From the NCBI RefSeq assembly GCF_036321535.1, contig NC_087436.1:28150001-28214000 (forward strand): 64,000 bases of DNA. Direction: 5' to 3'. The notes beneath the pieces are model-generated. The model was not told where the DNA came from. It ran no database searches and was given only the letters and a program-made list of their open reading frames with translations. The number at the start of each line of letters is the position of its first letter. Within the stretch, counting starts at the first letter, position 1. This DNA is from Camelus dromedarius. Taxonomy: Eukaryota. The position numbers and the translations under genes were made by a program. Positions 24,090-36,830 of the stretch are shown here, one piece after another.

Positions 24090-25680
24090 AAATCACTTAC
24101 ATAAAGCCACTGTGTTAACATCTAAGAACAGAGAGTATCATTCTTTCTCCCATAGTACAGATAGAAAAATTTAGAAAAAATATACCAAAGAGCATGTGTT
24201 TTAAGCATGAAGAAAGCAAGCAAGTCAAGACTTGGGGAACCAGGATCCCCAAGAGGAAGGAAACAGAATGAGGTGAGCCCAACATCCTGTGGCAGTTTCC
24301 CTCAAAGTATTTGCCAAGTGTAGCATGGGACTGAGTGGCTACAAAGCTGAGCAGAAAGTAGCGTATAAGGGGCTGAGAAACTTAGCTGAGCATTAGCAGC
24401 CTCATAGCACTAAGGCAAACTCAGTGTTGATTACTAAGGCAGATAGCACTTTAAAGGCCATGATTCCTGACAGAAAGTGCACTGACGTGATTCCAGCCTT
24501 CTGCACTACCTTTAACCTCAGAATGTTCTCCAATTCATATGCATCCAAGAAGGTGAGAATCAATCAGAAAATAACCACTAAGATGGTCCATGGGCATGCT
24601 TAGATAAAAATCAAAGGTCAAGCCAAGGAGGAAAAGTTTTATTAAAAATCCCAAGTAGAGTCCTAGAGAAACACAGTAGAAGCAATCACAAATTAGAAAT
24701 AGAACAAGTTTCAAAAACAACTTTATTTTAGACTGAAATAGGAGCTATGTCCCTACTCTAATTGCTTACCAAGTGAAAAAGTAAATATCCTCTGAAAGAC
24801 AACAATTCCTCTGAGCCTCAAGTTAACTGTGAAGTTTTTTGTACACAATATCCAGCATACAATAAAACTTTTCAGGAGCGCTAAGAGATGGGACCAAATT
24901 TACAAAATATTAAGAAAAAAATATAGACTTGCAGGTAATCTAGATATTAGAGTCATCAGACTTCTTTTAAAATAATTCCAGTTAATATATAAAGAAACTC
25001 GAGTCAACATGTAACATTTCATGACAGAATTTAAGAATCAAATGATGCTTCTAAAACTGGAAAAAGAAAAAAGTACCTGTAGAGATTAATAAAACGACTT
25101 TGGAAATCTCTTTGGCAACATCTACTTAGGCTGACCTTATACCTTAGCAATTTTACTGGTGTATAGGTAAATACACAACAGAATGCTTCCAAATGGGTAC
25201 CAACATTCATGTACAAGAATGTTCATAGCAGCATTATTCATAATAGATAGAAACTAGGAAATGCAGAAATGCTCTTCAATGGCAAAATGGCTAAATAAAT
25301 GTTTATTTAATGGAATATGCTTCAGCAATTAAGAAAAATTCTGAAAAGTTCAATAACAAGAATAAATCTCACAAATACAATGTTAGTCAAAAGAACCTAA
25401 CATGAAAGAACACATCTATATAATTATATCAATTTGAATAACAGCATTATGTATCTTAGGAGTCAGGAGTGTGTTTGCCTTGGGTGGGAAGTGGTGCAGT
25501 AACTGTAATGGGACAGGAGGGGAGGTTCAGGAAAGTGGGAAGTATTCTTTATCATGATTCAAATGTGGTGATTCCATAAATATGATCACTTAAGATAACT
25601 TCATTGATCTGTTTCTTAAAGATTTGTTTCATTTTCTGCATGTATATTATCCTTAAATAAGCATATTCATTAAAATGACC
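24090..25680 (+). mobile_element. Old L1 fragments (5' region/ORF1 plus L1ME-type 3' UTR)
   Basis: 'aatgaggtgagccc', 'acaatatccagcatacaataaaac', 'tgtacaagaatgttcatagcagcattattcataatag' and 'aatctcacaaatacaatgttag'. Confidence 0.7.
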
Positions 25681-28577
25681 ATGGAACACCATGAAGTCTT
25701 TAAGACTAAATGAGATATTTTACAGAAAGGTCATCATGAAATTTTTAGTTTGAAAAAGTAGTCACAGATAAATATATAATATAACCTATTTTGTATAAAG
25801 GAGAGTTTTGTATGTGCACATATAAATGTAGGTAAACATAGTGGTAATGACTGAAAAGGTGCACAATAAAAATGTTAAGTCTTTATTTCTGGGGATGTGA
25901 GTGTAGAAAAAAAAAGAAAGGTGAAAGAAGACTTTCAAATCTTTTCAAATTTGTTTCTTATGCTTTTGATTTTTTAAATGCATTTAATCTTTATGAGACT
26001 TAATTTATTGTATGTTGAAAACCAAAACTATCACATTGTTATGGCAGGAGATGTGCTATTGTTTGTAAATTAAAGGGCTGAGAGGACATGATAAGGAGAC
26101 AATTGTTACACAGATAAATCTCTAAAAAGAAACTTAAAAAACATAATTTAGTGCCCCAGGTAATGTCTCAATAGCCCTTAATATCCACTGATTATAAAAT
26201 AATTATCATCAGTTCACTTTGGGCTCATTTGAATACTAGATAAAAGCAACATTCTTGTTTGCCTGTTTCCAAAACCTATTAGAAATGTCACATGCTGCTA
26301 TTCTTACAACCTTGAAAACTTTATTAAACTAATGAGAATGGAAAAGATAAGTGTACCATACTCTTTTAAACTTTGTTTTCTTTTTACTGATGTTTCTCTA
26401 AATTTCACTATTTAAATGGATAGAGTCAATGTTCTATACTTTTGCTAACTGTTCAGTTGCATCATGAAATGTAATACATATTTAGATTTCATAAGCAAAA
26501 CAATGTTCTAAACTCAAATTTCCTGGTAAACTTTTGATTTTGAATTTCAACTTCATTCCCATGATTCTGACCAGAAGAATTATAATCATGCCTTAGTTAA
26601 TTAATAAGACGATTCATCAAATTGTTAATACTTTACTTCCCTCCAACTTCGTGGCTGCAGAACAGAACCATTTCAGGATTTCATATTCTTAATTATTTTT
26701 ATTGATAACATGCATACTTGGTCCAAGTGTTCTAAAGCAAGATAGTCTTTTTTTAAGGAAAAAAAGAATAAATATTTTAATTCATTGATTACTGTAATTA
26801 AATTTTACTCTACATTGTTATTTGAGATTCAAATTTGATAGGCAATTGATAAAGTGAAGTATTTTCACGTACACCAAGTAATTTTTTTCTTTAGATTAAA
26901 AATTATATATAATAAGAAATGTTAGTATTTAAGATTTTAAAGCGTATATTTCTTAAAGGAGTTATCATTTGCCTTGGTATTTGATTGGCTTATTGGGGTC
27001 AACCATGTGTCTCTGGATTATTTTAAGTTTACAACCATTTTTAAAAATTTGGTAATGTTGCATGCTGCTAATTACAGATTTTTATTGCATCAAAAGTTTA
27101 GAGTATGTTAACTGACTACATATTATTTCTTTTATTAGAAACTTGCTGAGTATCCAATATGTAATTTATTTTTAAAGCACCTCATTAGAAAATATATTAA
27201 AATTATATCTATGTTAATGTTTTACTTTGTGGTTAAAATATGAAGAGTTAAGAATGTTTTTTATATAACTCTACTATAATGGACTTGGCTTTATTTACAA
27301 AATATGTTAAAGAGCTCTGCAGGTCGATTCAAATGCTTTAGTTAAATTGTCACAGGTTACAATTCAATATGTGAACTTTGTTTTATGGTACATTTTTCAT
27401 ATCCATTATCAAATATGTTATTCATAAATATATTAAAAAGGGTAGTTGGAAGCAATTATGAATGATTTTAAATAATTTTCTGAGAAAAAATCAATCTAAT
27501 CTTCGATTATATATTTTTTCTTTCTCTTTAATTCATGGTTAAATATAATGCATAAGTTTGATCATAAAAACATTTTATCATTAAATATTCAAATATCTTA
27601 AAGATGTTTAAATAGTATGCAATTATTTAATAGTTAGCAAAAAAGGCATATAAGAATAAAACTTTATAATTTTCTTAATTCTAAGCAGATCATTAAACCG
27701 AAACTATATTAATAAAATATACATATTAAGCAAGAAATTATCTACTGTAAAATAGCAAACAATTTGATGCATGATGGGCTTGTAATATAACTACATGACT
27801 GTATGATAGCTCTCAATTCACAGTGCTAATAATCTAAAACAGAGCTATTACACAAAACTCAATGTAGTGTTGAATTATTATAATACATATTTTTGTGATA
27901 TGCTCATATTTCTTGGGTTTATTATATTTATGAGAAAAAACAGGTACACAAATTATTAAATCCATTGAGGTTTTATATTATATATTTTAGAATATTGAAT
28001 AAATGTTATTGAGTTACTCATACATACTAATAGAACAGCAGTAGCCTAAGATAATGTATTTAAAAATCTTTCCATGTGAAATACTAAGTGATTCCTGCAT
28101 TCCTTAATTTTAAAAGATATGGAGTATACTTTTCCAAATGATCATTATTACTAACCTCAAATTTGAAGTTTAGATTATTTAATTAATTCAAGAAGTATTG
28201 TCCCAATACAAATATGTATGTATGTGTTATATAAATATAGCCATGTGTTTATATAGCAGCCATAAATAACATTGTAAAAATATGAAGTTCTTCAAGAACA
28301 TAGTAAATGCATAAAGATGAAAACCGTTCATTAAAGTAGAAATAATCAAATTAATATATAATCATATAAATTTTAAAAAGACCTTCTTAAGTGATTAAAA
28401 TTTGTATCTCCACATACATATGCGTATGGTATAGGACAAAATTAGAGTTTGTGCATGAAGAGAAGTATTTAAATCTTTAATTAAATTTTATCTACAAAAT
28501 AGTATTATTAAGTGGTTTCAATGTTTCTACCAAAATTTTTTTGAAAATAATCACAATTTTAGAGTCCTATTTGACCC

Positions 28578-29132
28578 AGTATTCTATCTATCACTGAGTA
28601 CCCAATTATTCCAAAACTTAATAGCTTAAAAAAGCAAACGCTTACTATCTCACTGTGTATGGACAAGGAATCTGGGTGCAGCTTAGCTAAGTACATCTTG
28701 CTCGAGATCTCTCAGGATGTTGCAGTCAAGTTGTTGGCTGGAGCTGTAGCCATTAGAAGATTGACAAGAGCCAAAGGAATTGCTTCCAAAGTCCCACACA
28801 TGATTCTTGGCATGTGTCTGTTCCTTGCCGGCTTTTGGACAGAGAACCTCAGTTCTTCACTTTGCCACCTAGGCCTCTCCACAGTCAGAGATCTACTCAT
28901 AAAATGACAGCTTGTTTCCCTTAGCTTGAACGATCCAAGAGAGACTTAGAGACTTCACAATATGGAAGCCACAGTCTTTTTTATCCTAATCTTGGAGATG
29001 ATGTAATGTTATATTTGCCATATTTTTTTGCACTAGAAGTGTGTCAGCAAGTTCTGTGTACAGTTGATGGGAAGGGATTACACAAGAACATGAGGATCAG
29101 GAGGCAGTGGGACCTTCTTGGAGACTGCTTAC
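28578..29132 (-). mobile_element. MaLR LTR (MLT1G/H-like)
   Basis: 'ccaaaacttaatagcttaaaa...tatctcac...aggaatctgggtgcagcttagct...gttgcagtcaag...ggaagccacagtctttt...ttggagactgcttac'. Confidence 0.85.
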
Positions 29133-30964
29133 TTCAGAATCTTGTTTGTCTCTCAGTCTCTAGGATTTTAACATGTTTAATGGTGAGAAATATTACATAT
29201 TCCTCTTGGTCTTAAATGTTTGAACATGTGATTTAGTGGCCTTCAAATAGTAAGAGAAATTTATAAAAATTTTGGTGACATTAATTTACCAAGAAAAATC
29301 TTAGGAGTAGTCCCTGTAATATTTCTCTGCACTCTGAGAGAGATTTTTTAAATTTATGCTTTTCAGCACTGTATCAATTCTAAGTATTATTGTCTCAACA
29401 CAGTTTTGATTTTTACCAGTCTACCATTTATTGTAATCTTTATGGTCTTTTGGCCTAATTTCACTACATTTCACCATTTGAAGTGACAAAACCTCTTATC
29501 TTTTTTTAGACTTAAGGTCATATTCTGTCTTACAGTATGCATAAATCCTTTAACTATCATTTTTGGCATATCATTCTTACATTTAGTGAAAATACTTTCC
29601 AGATTCTGATATTAGGTGCACTGTCAGGATAGTTTGTAATGATATATTTTGACATTTTTTTTCCTGTTGTTTATCAGGAATTAGTAAGCATTTTGGAGTG
29701 CTATTTCAGGCAATGTTTTAACAATAACCATTTCTTTATTATTTATAAAAAATATTTTTTCCAGCAGAAAAGGATCTGTAAATCAGTGTTTTGAGTGTAT
29801 TTGTGTTTGTGCTGTGAAAATTGGGAAATTCTGAATTCATTTATTTTCACTCTCTGTATCTCTGTACTAATATGATTTAACTATTCTCATTTCTTTTGTT
29901 AAAGTGTCAACATTATATATTTGACCTCTAATGAGTTATTAGCTTCTTAGTATTTTGATTAGTAATGACATAAGCTCTGTTTTAATAAGTACATAAATTA
30001 CTTCATTTCACATAAAACAGGTATTTTCTTATGAAATAAAACCAAAGGATATTACTGAAAAGAAAGCTATATATTTGTATATCCTCTCATCTTAATTCAT
30101 GGTGTTATTTCTCTCTTCACCACTAGTGTCAAAACATTATAGTGACATTCCTGACATATCCATTGCCCCCTGAACTCAACTGTGCAGGAGGCTGATATAT
30201 CAGACACAGGAGAAGCTGAAGCAGAAAAGGTTTAAAAAACATATTTAAGAAAAACACAATTTATTTTTGTACTATGGGAAGACTTTTTAAGATCTTAAAA
30301 ATAAAATGTGCGTAAACATATGGAATCTAACACAGTGTAAATATTATACCTTCTCATTATGTTTAGTTTGTTTCATTAAGCCTGCTACTGACATATGTTA
30401 AAAATGAGGTTTCAGAATGCTGTTCCATTTTGAATAATTTTTAAAGAGAGGCTCAGTAGCATTCTGGCTTGTTACCTGGCCAGAGAAGCACCAGATACAA
30501 GTACATTGTCAGGAAAAACAGCTGAAGTAGGGGAACCACTGGGGTGCATACATGCACCCATTAACCTCCCAGAGGAAGATAAAACTAATTCTGAAAAAGT
30601 GATAGAATTGTTAAGATAATACTATTTCAATGAAAAATTATGTGACTTAAGTCACAGTTGTCTTTGGTCACTAGAAAAATTCAGGTATCCTATAAAAACT
30701 AAATCAACCGTGTCAAAGTGTTTTATATCACTCCAAATATTTTACTCAGGATATACTTAGATCTATGGATAAAAAATGCCTTCCCCACAATTTTATTATG
30801 ACAAATAAATAGAAAAGTATATTAAAAGTGTTTTTGCAAAATGTAACAGACTCAAAAATATTATTTTAATTTGTTGCACTAAAAAATGCTTTTCTTCACT
30901 TTATGCCTGTTATTTATACTTTTGTAATGCTTGTAGTGGAGGTAAAAAAGAAATTGATATTTTG

Positions 30965-31150
30965 TGAATTACCGACTGTGCCAGACGCTAGGGCAGGTGA
31001 CATTTTTTGATAACATCTTCATAAGAACTTTGTATCATTGCTATCTTAGCTCATTTTCCAAAAAAGGAACTTGAGGCTCACAGAGAGTATGCAAACTGAG
31101 AAGGATGAAATATGTAGTAAGTGAGTGGGTTGATATTTAAATCTCCATTC
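30965..31150 (-). mobile_element. MIR
   Basis: 'gactgtgccagacgctag...cattttcc...ggaacttgaggctcacagagagt'. Confidence 0.65.
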
Positions 31151-31929
31151 AGATTTAATGGAGATTATAGGGGTTATGGACTACTTACATAAGTAGAAGT
31201 TAGGACCACTTCTATAGAGGTGGTCAGAGATAATGACCATTTCTAAAAATTTCCTACAAACATGCTTAACCTATCATATGATTTCCAACACTGTACTGAA
31301 AAATCTGTTATCTTTCTGTGTTTAGTAAGTGTTATGAAAAGTCTCTATTTTCCAACATACTGTAATTTTTTAGTGTACAATAGCTTCATTGTTAGTACAA
31401 AGGATGAACACTGAAGAAGGTCACAGAAGCCAAAGGAGTTCACAGAGAGGTTGAGAAAGATGGCGAGAGGGTGGCTGGGAAGAAAACTTAAATTCATTAG
31501 TTTGGTTGTTACAAGCATCACCCTAAACATATAAAATGTTACTTGGTTTATATCAGCAGTTGCCCTCAATGATCATGTGAATTTAGAACAATAACAAAGA
31601 CTAAAAAGTATAGTAATGCCTTATGTCTTTTAAATTGTCAAGGATTAACAATATTTATAAACTGGTTCAGTTACCATAGTTTCCTTTTCTAGATATCAAT
31701 TCTAAAAGTACAGAATTATCTAAGTATAAATGACATATCCATGTATTGTAATTCTCAAAAGGTCAGAAACCGTGCCATTATTTGCTTTATATTTGAATCA
31801 TAAGTTTCTAGTATGACTTTTTCTTCCTCCAGTGGAATTCAAGTTGACTTTTTTCTTTGTTGAGTAAAGAAACATATGCTTTCTTCAACATATTGTGGAG
31901 ATCTTGCAGAATGTGACTTTAATGTACCT

Positions 31930-32720
31930 AGTAAATGCAGTTTACTTTACTGTACATTAAAAAAAAAATAGAATTCTCTGTTCATTACATTCCAGTTCTA
32001 ATTTAGAAAGATTACTTGAAGGATTGTTTCAAAGCTGTCATCCTGGGATTTTGTTTCATTGTATTCCTAGTTCAGGTGCTCTATTTTTTGTAACCCACAT
32101 ATTCTGCTTTTTAGTTTTCTCTCCTTGTGAAAAGCATCCTTTATAAGTTAATTACTTGAGTCTTACATGTCTGAAGATACCTTGATTTGTTCTCACATAT
32201 TTGATTGTTACTCTGACCGAGTATTGACTTTTAAGTTCAAAATAATTTTCTTTTAGATCCTTAGTTCATTTTTTTTCTAATGTTAGGTTTGTCTGTTATC
32301 AGGCCTGATGCCACTCCAATTCTTATTTCTTTTGTTTATATATATTTTTCCCATCTGTGAGAGATGTGAGGATTTTCATAGTCACAGATATTTAGAAATT
32401 TTAACAATATGTAGAAAATATTGGTGGTGTTTAATTCATCCTGCTAGATACCAGCCTGTCTTTTGTTCTTAAGATTCAAGTCATTCTGTAATGAGGAAAA
32501 TATTCTTTTATTGTTTGCTTGATGATTTTTCTAATCTACACTTTATCACTTCTCTCTGGAACTTATTTTAGCCATATGTTAGATAGTATAGCTTTGTTTT
32601 CTATTTCTTTTACATTTTTTCTGTTGTGTCATTTACTTTCCACTTTGCTCAACATTCTTGGAAATATGCTTAACCTCTCAGGCTTTCTCCTGCTATTTTT
32701 ATTACTATTTATACTTTTTA
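31930..32720 (-). mobile_element. Old L1 (L1ME-like) fragment
   Basis: T-rich, with 'gtctgaagataccttgattt', 'tcaaaataattttc' and 'ctgatgccactccaattctt'. Confidence 0.55.
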
Positions 32721-33069
32721 AGTTGTTAAATATTTATGAAACATCATGACTTGTTATGCAATTGATAAATAAGATTTAAAATGAACTCTTGAAATATCTC
32801 ATTAAAAATAAACCAAAAAAAATTCCTTCTGAGTGTACCTATAAATACCTTTGCAAATTTTAGGTTAGATTTCACAGATGATTAATGATACAATCTATTT
32901 GTAAATGGTGTTCAGTATTTCAGGAATAACTTACATGTTTGCACTTTCATACCACACTACAAGGATAAATATTGTATGTGAGACTTGCCAGTGAAAAGGG
33001 GATCTTGTGGGCATAAGATTTTCAGAAATGTTGCATCATTATATCCCTTTTATACATATTCACAATTGA

Positions 33070-33350
33070 TAGATGGGAGGAGGGGATGGTATTCGAAGTT
33101 ATAGGACAGATTAACTTTAGAAATCTAGATGAAGTGTGGCAGGAAGGGGAAACATGCATGTGGAATGCTCTGAAATGGTACTAAATGAGGGCAATGTAGC
33201 TGAAGGATAAGGAGGAAGAATGAAAAGTAGGGAATGTTCAAGGATACTTAAGGGCTAGCCTATGTAATCAGGATTTTTATCCATCAGACAATGGAAAGCT
33301 ATTGAAGGATTTTAAGCAAAAGATTTACATTGTGTAATTTGCATGTAAAA
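33070..33350 (-). mobile_element. L2 fragment
   Basis: 'ggatttttatccatcagacaatggaaagctattgaaggattttaagca'. Confidence 0.7.
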
Positions 33351-34702
33351 ATTGATTTACATGGCTTGCTCATTTTAATGGGATGCTTGTCACTACAAGT
33401 CTGAACTGGGTTTTTCAATTAAAAACAAAAGTTGAAAAAAGGGTAACTGAAAAAAAAAATTATGCCAATGAAATTAGGTTTTAAATTGAAAAGAAACCCA
33501 AAGCTTATTTTAAAAATATGTCTAATTGTATAAATGGAACATTATCTATATGCCTTGCCCTAATTGTAAATGAGAAATGAGTATATTTCATGGACAGGAT
33601 TAAGAAAAGCAGCCGGAAGTCCATTCTTCCTTATTTTAATAAGTGTATATTTATTTATTCTTATTAATCACAGAAACAAGTTTAAATTTTATTGCCTTCT
33701 CTTTTTAAATGACTAAGTTAAATGGTCATGTTATAATATCCTAAAGATGCCTCAGAGTATGTTTTATGTTGTAATTTATAAAAGGCCCAGGGCTATCTCA
33801 GGCATTTGGAAGTATCCTGAAATGTTTATTAATGGCCTCACAGACTGTGCTCATCCTGTTTTGCTGCTGAATACATGGCAGTTGGATAAAAGGCACTCAG
33901 TTCATTATCAGATGAGATCACAAAGTATTCTATTAGAATATAACTTACTAATTTCTGATAAATACAACTATGAGTTTTTAAATCATTGGCAAAGTTTATA
34001 AAGAGCGCTCTAAAAATTACTTGACTCTGGGACTGAGAAGCCATTGTTTTTATAGTCACAGGTTAAGATAATGGTTAAAGACAATTAGTGGCTATTTTCA
34101 AAAATGTTTTTAGCGCTTAATTATTTAGAAAGTAAAAATCAACTTTTTATAATCATCCCCTTCTTTCAATAAGATGAAGAGCTCTTTTTTAAATTTTGCT
34201 CAAAATAAATCTATAGACATGTATAGATAAAAATAATGTTGATACTTTATTTTTATCCTGTTGTTGGTGGCCTGCATAGCTACATTACAGATAAGCAATT
34301 AGTTAAGCAAAATAAATAGTTTAGTTTATTTCTAATATTTTCAGCAAGTAGGCAATGTACTGTGGATGCAACATGAAGCAAAAGTATACCTGGCCCCTCC
34401 TAGATCATTGTAAGTTCTGCACCTAATGATTCAGCAAACTGGGGAATGGTTTTGAAGAACTTTTCAATGAATTATAAAGTACTACAATCTATTAATTATA
34501 ATAGATACAATTAGGATCTTAGGGACTCAGAAACACCGTAAAGAAAATGGTATGTTAATTAGAGTTCTTATAAGTGGTTTCTATTTTCACTGTCTAATTT
34601 CTACTTTATGGATTTTGGACATAAATAGTAAAATAGAGAAAAATGTAGGAAAAGCAGTAAATAACCAATATTGCTTTTTCTTTGATAGATAACACCTATC
34701 CA

Positions 34703-34768
34703 ATTATCATAATCAATATATATTCTAAATTTAGCATTATCATAATAAATATGTATTCTAAATTTTCT
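34703..34768. repeat. 33-bp tandem duplication
   Basis: attatcataatcaatatatattctaaatttagc / attatcataataaatatgtattctaaattttct. Confidence 0.85.
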
Positions 34769-35559
34769 GAACAAATGCTTCCAAGACTCCTACAAAGCAT
34801 TTGCAAATTATTAGTCTGCTTAGTATACTGGAATTATTTTTTAAAAATTCAGACTCAAATACCTGAGACTATTAGCTTGGAAATTAAACTTATTCATAAT
34901 GCTTATAAAAATAGGCTTTTAGTATATAACAAAAGAGTTTAAAAAAAACTATAAAGCTTAAAAATTGGAAAAACATAAATGATTCAAGAATCCTTTTGTC
35001 CATTTACACAGCTAAAATTCATGAAGCATACTCAACTAGCTCAGATTTTTAAAAAAAAAATCTAATCTCTTCAATTACATCTAGTTTTACTCATTAAAGT
35101 AATCTAGAAATCATTTTACTTGTCTACCTAAAGACCAAAGGACATAATTATAAAAGTAACATTCACTTTATTTCTATTAGAAAAGACTGCCTTAAATTAA
35201 GTGAAATAGCTTTTTCAAGCAAAGTATAATAAGAAAAATTATACAATACGCATGACACAAAACCCCAAAATTTACATTCTAAAGACTAAAAGGTAAATAA
35301 AACTGGGAAATTGGGCCAAAAACCAAAAAAGAACTAGAGACTATTTCATGGTTGTTTCCGCAGTGAAGAAAATAAGTGCTCCCAAAATATAACTGAGTAC
35401 AATAATTTCTTGTCAGATTGCTAAAAGTATCTTTTCAAAGTGTTTTGTTATTTTATTTTGCGGCTACACTGAGACTTCTTCATTCATAGTTAAATGGCTA
35501 CTTACCTCACTTACTCTTCCCTTTTTTCTCCCTTTGTACAGTGCACTTTAGAGAATGCA

Positions 35560-36270
35560 TGCAGTAACTCTAAATGATTGACTTGATGAAACTGTACTGG
35601 GTCATATTTTATGAAAGGTAGTGGAATGACGAATCTAGGGAAGATAGACAGAAATTCCTGCAGGGGAAGGACACTGGTACAAGGAAAGCACTGAAAGCAA
35701 TATTGATGGGGCACAGAAGGAGGGTTCAACAAGGTGAGGTGTGAAATATAGGTGAGGAACAGAACATGCAAAGCCCAGGCACTACTCTGTGAACAATGAA
35801 CATGCCTCTTAAGTATAGTGTTTAGGGTAATTGGATCAAAATTGTGATTTATAAGGTCTTATTTTTGGGGGGAAACATATCTTTTAGAGACTATGAAGCT
35901 ATTCTAATGGAAATGGAGGCAACAGTAGAAGTCAGATGCATGGGAGGCTATTTCTGGAGACTGTAGAGAAATGTTAATGATTTAAAAGGGAGATAGAGAT
36001 AAGTTGGGATATCTGAGGCATATTGGAAGTTATAAAATCAGGAATTTTCAATGGTTCAGAGCTTTTTTTTTTTTTAATCAGTTTTTTTTTGAGGGAAGGT
36101 AATTAGATTGATTTATTTATTTGCTTTTAATGGAGGTACCAGGGATTGAACCCAAAACCTCCTGCATGCTAAGCATTCACTCTACCATTGAGCTATACCC
36201 GCCCCCTGGGACAGAGCTTGTTGCAAAGGAGAGTATGATTCTAAGCAATACTTAATAGCTTTCTGACTGT
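35560..36270 (-). mobile_element. L2 fragment interrupted by a SINE
   Basis: Purine-rich L2 motifs 'gggaggctatt' and 'atctgaggcatattggaagttataaaatcagga'. Confidence 0.6.
36065..36206 (-). mobile_element. tRNA-derived SINE, camelid Vic-1 type
   Basis: The - strand reads gggggcgggtatagctcaatggtagagtg (A box)...gggttcaatccctggtacctcc (B box)...aataaatcaatctaattacc...poly(A). TSD tggttcagagctt / tgggacagagctt. Confidence 0.9.
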
Positions 36271-36565
36271 GGTCCTCCATGGACAATAATAACTATGAGG
36301 ACTTTAAAATTTTTTTTCCAGGTAGAATACTGTTAGTGATTTCCAGCCCCTGTGTGTAACTGGTTACTCAACATCTACTCTTGGCTGTCTCACAGTTATC
36401 TTGAATTCTTTGAATGTATACTGATATTGTGTTCTTTAACCCGTTATTATTTCCTTCTCTCTCTCTCTCTTTTTTTGAGGGGGGGGGGGCAAGGATTAAG
36501 TGATAGTTATTTTGCACTTAACACAGAGTAAATACCACATCCCCTTGATTTACCATGACCAAGTA

Positions 36566-36700
36566 CAGTCATCCCTCTTGTATCCCTGGGGGATTGATAC
36601 CAGAAGCCCCCATAGATACCAAATCCAAGGATGCTCAAATTCCTTATATAGAATGGTGCACTATTTACAAATAACCTGCACACATCTTTTTGTATACTTT
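36566..36700 (+). mobile_element. MER2 (TcMar-Tigger) left part
   Basis: ta|cagtcatccctcttgtatccctgggggattgataccag...gataccaaatccaaggatgctcaaattccttatata matches the MER2 start after a TA target site. Confidence 0.85.
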
Positions 36701-36830
36701 TGTTTTTATTGAAGTATAGTACAGTGCAGTAGGTCCTTGTTTATCCATATATAGTAGTGTGTACATGATATACCTCGGGTAGGGGGAAAGATAAATTAGG
36801 AGTTTGGGCTTAACATATACACACAGTATT
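36701..36830. mobile_element. Short L1 3'-end pieces in opposite orientations
   Basis: A - piece 'ttttattgaagtatagt...cagtaggtccttgtttatc...atagtagtgtgta' is followed by a + piece 'gataaattaggagtttgggcttaacatatacacac'. Confidence 0.7.

Noticed and set aside
31140..31166. 10-bp inverted repeat aatctccatt/aatggagatt as a terminator or miRNA
   Set aside because: Too short for a pre-miRNA, AT-rich, at a MIR edge, and in a eukaryotic context.
33613..33620. Perfect ETS motif CCGGAAGT
   Set aside because: Isolated, with no CpG island or other promoter features nearby.
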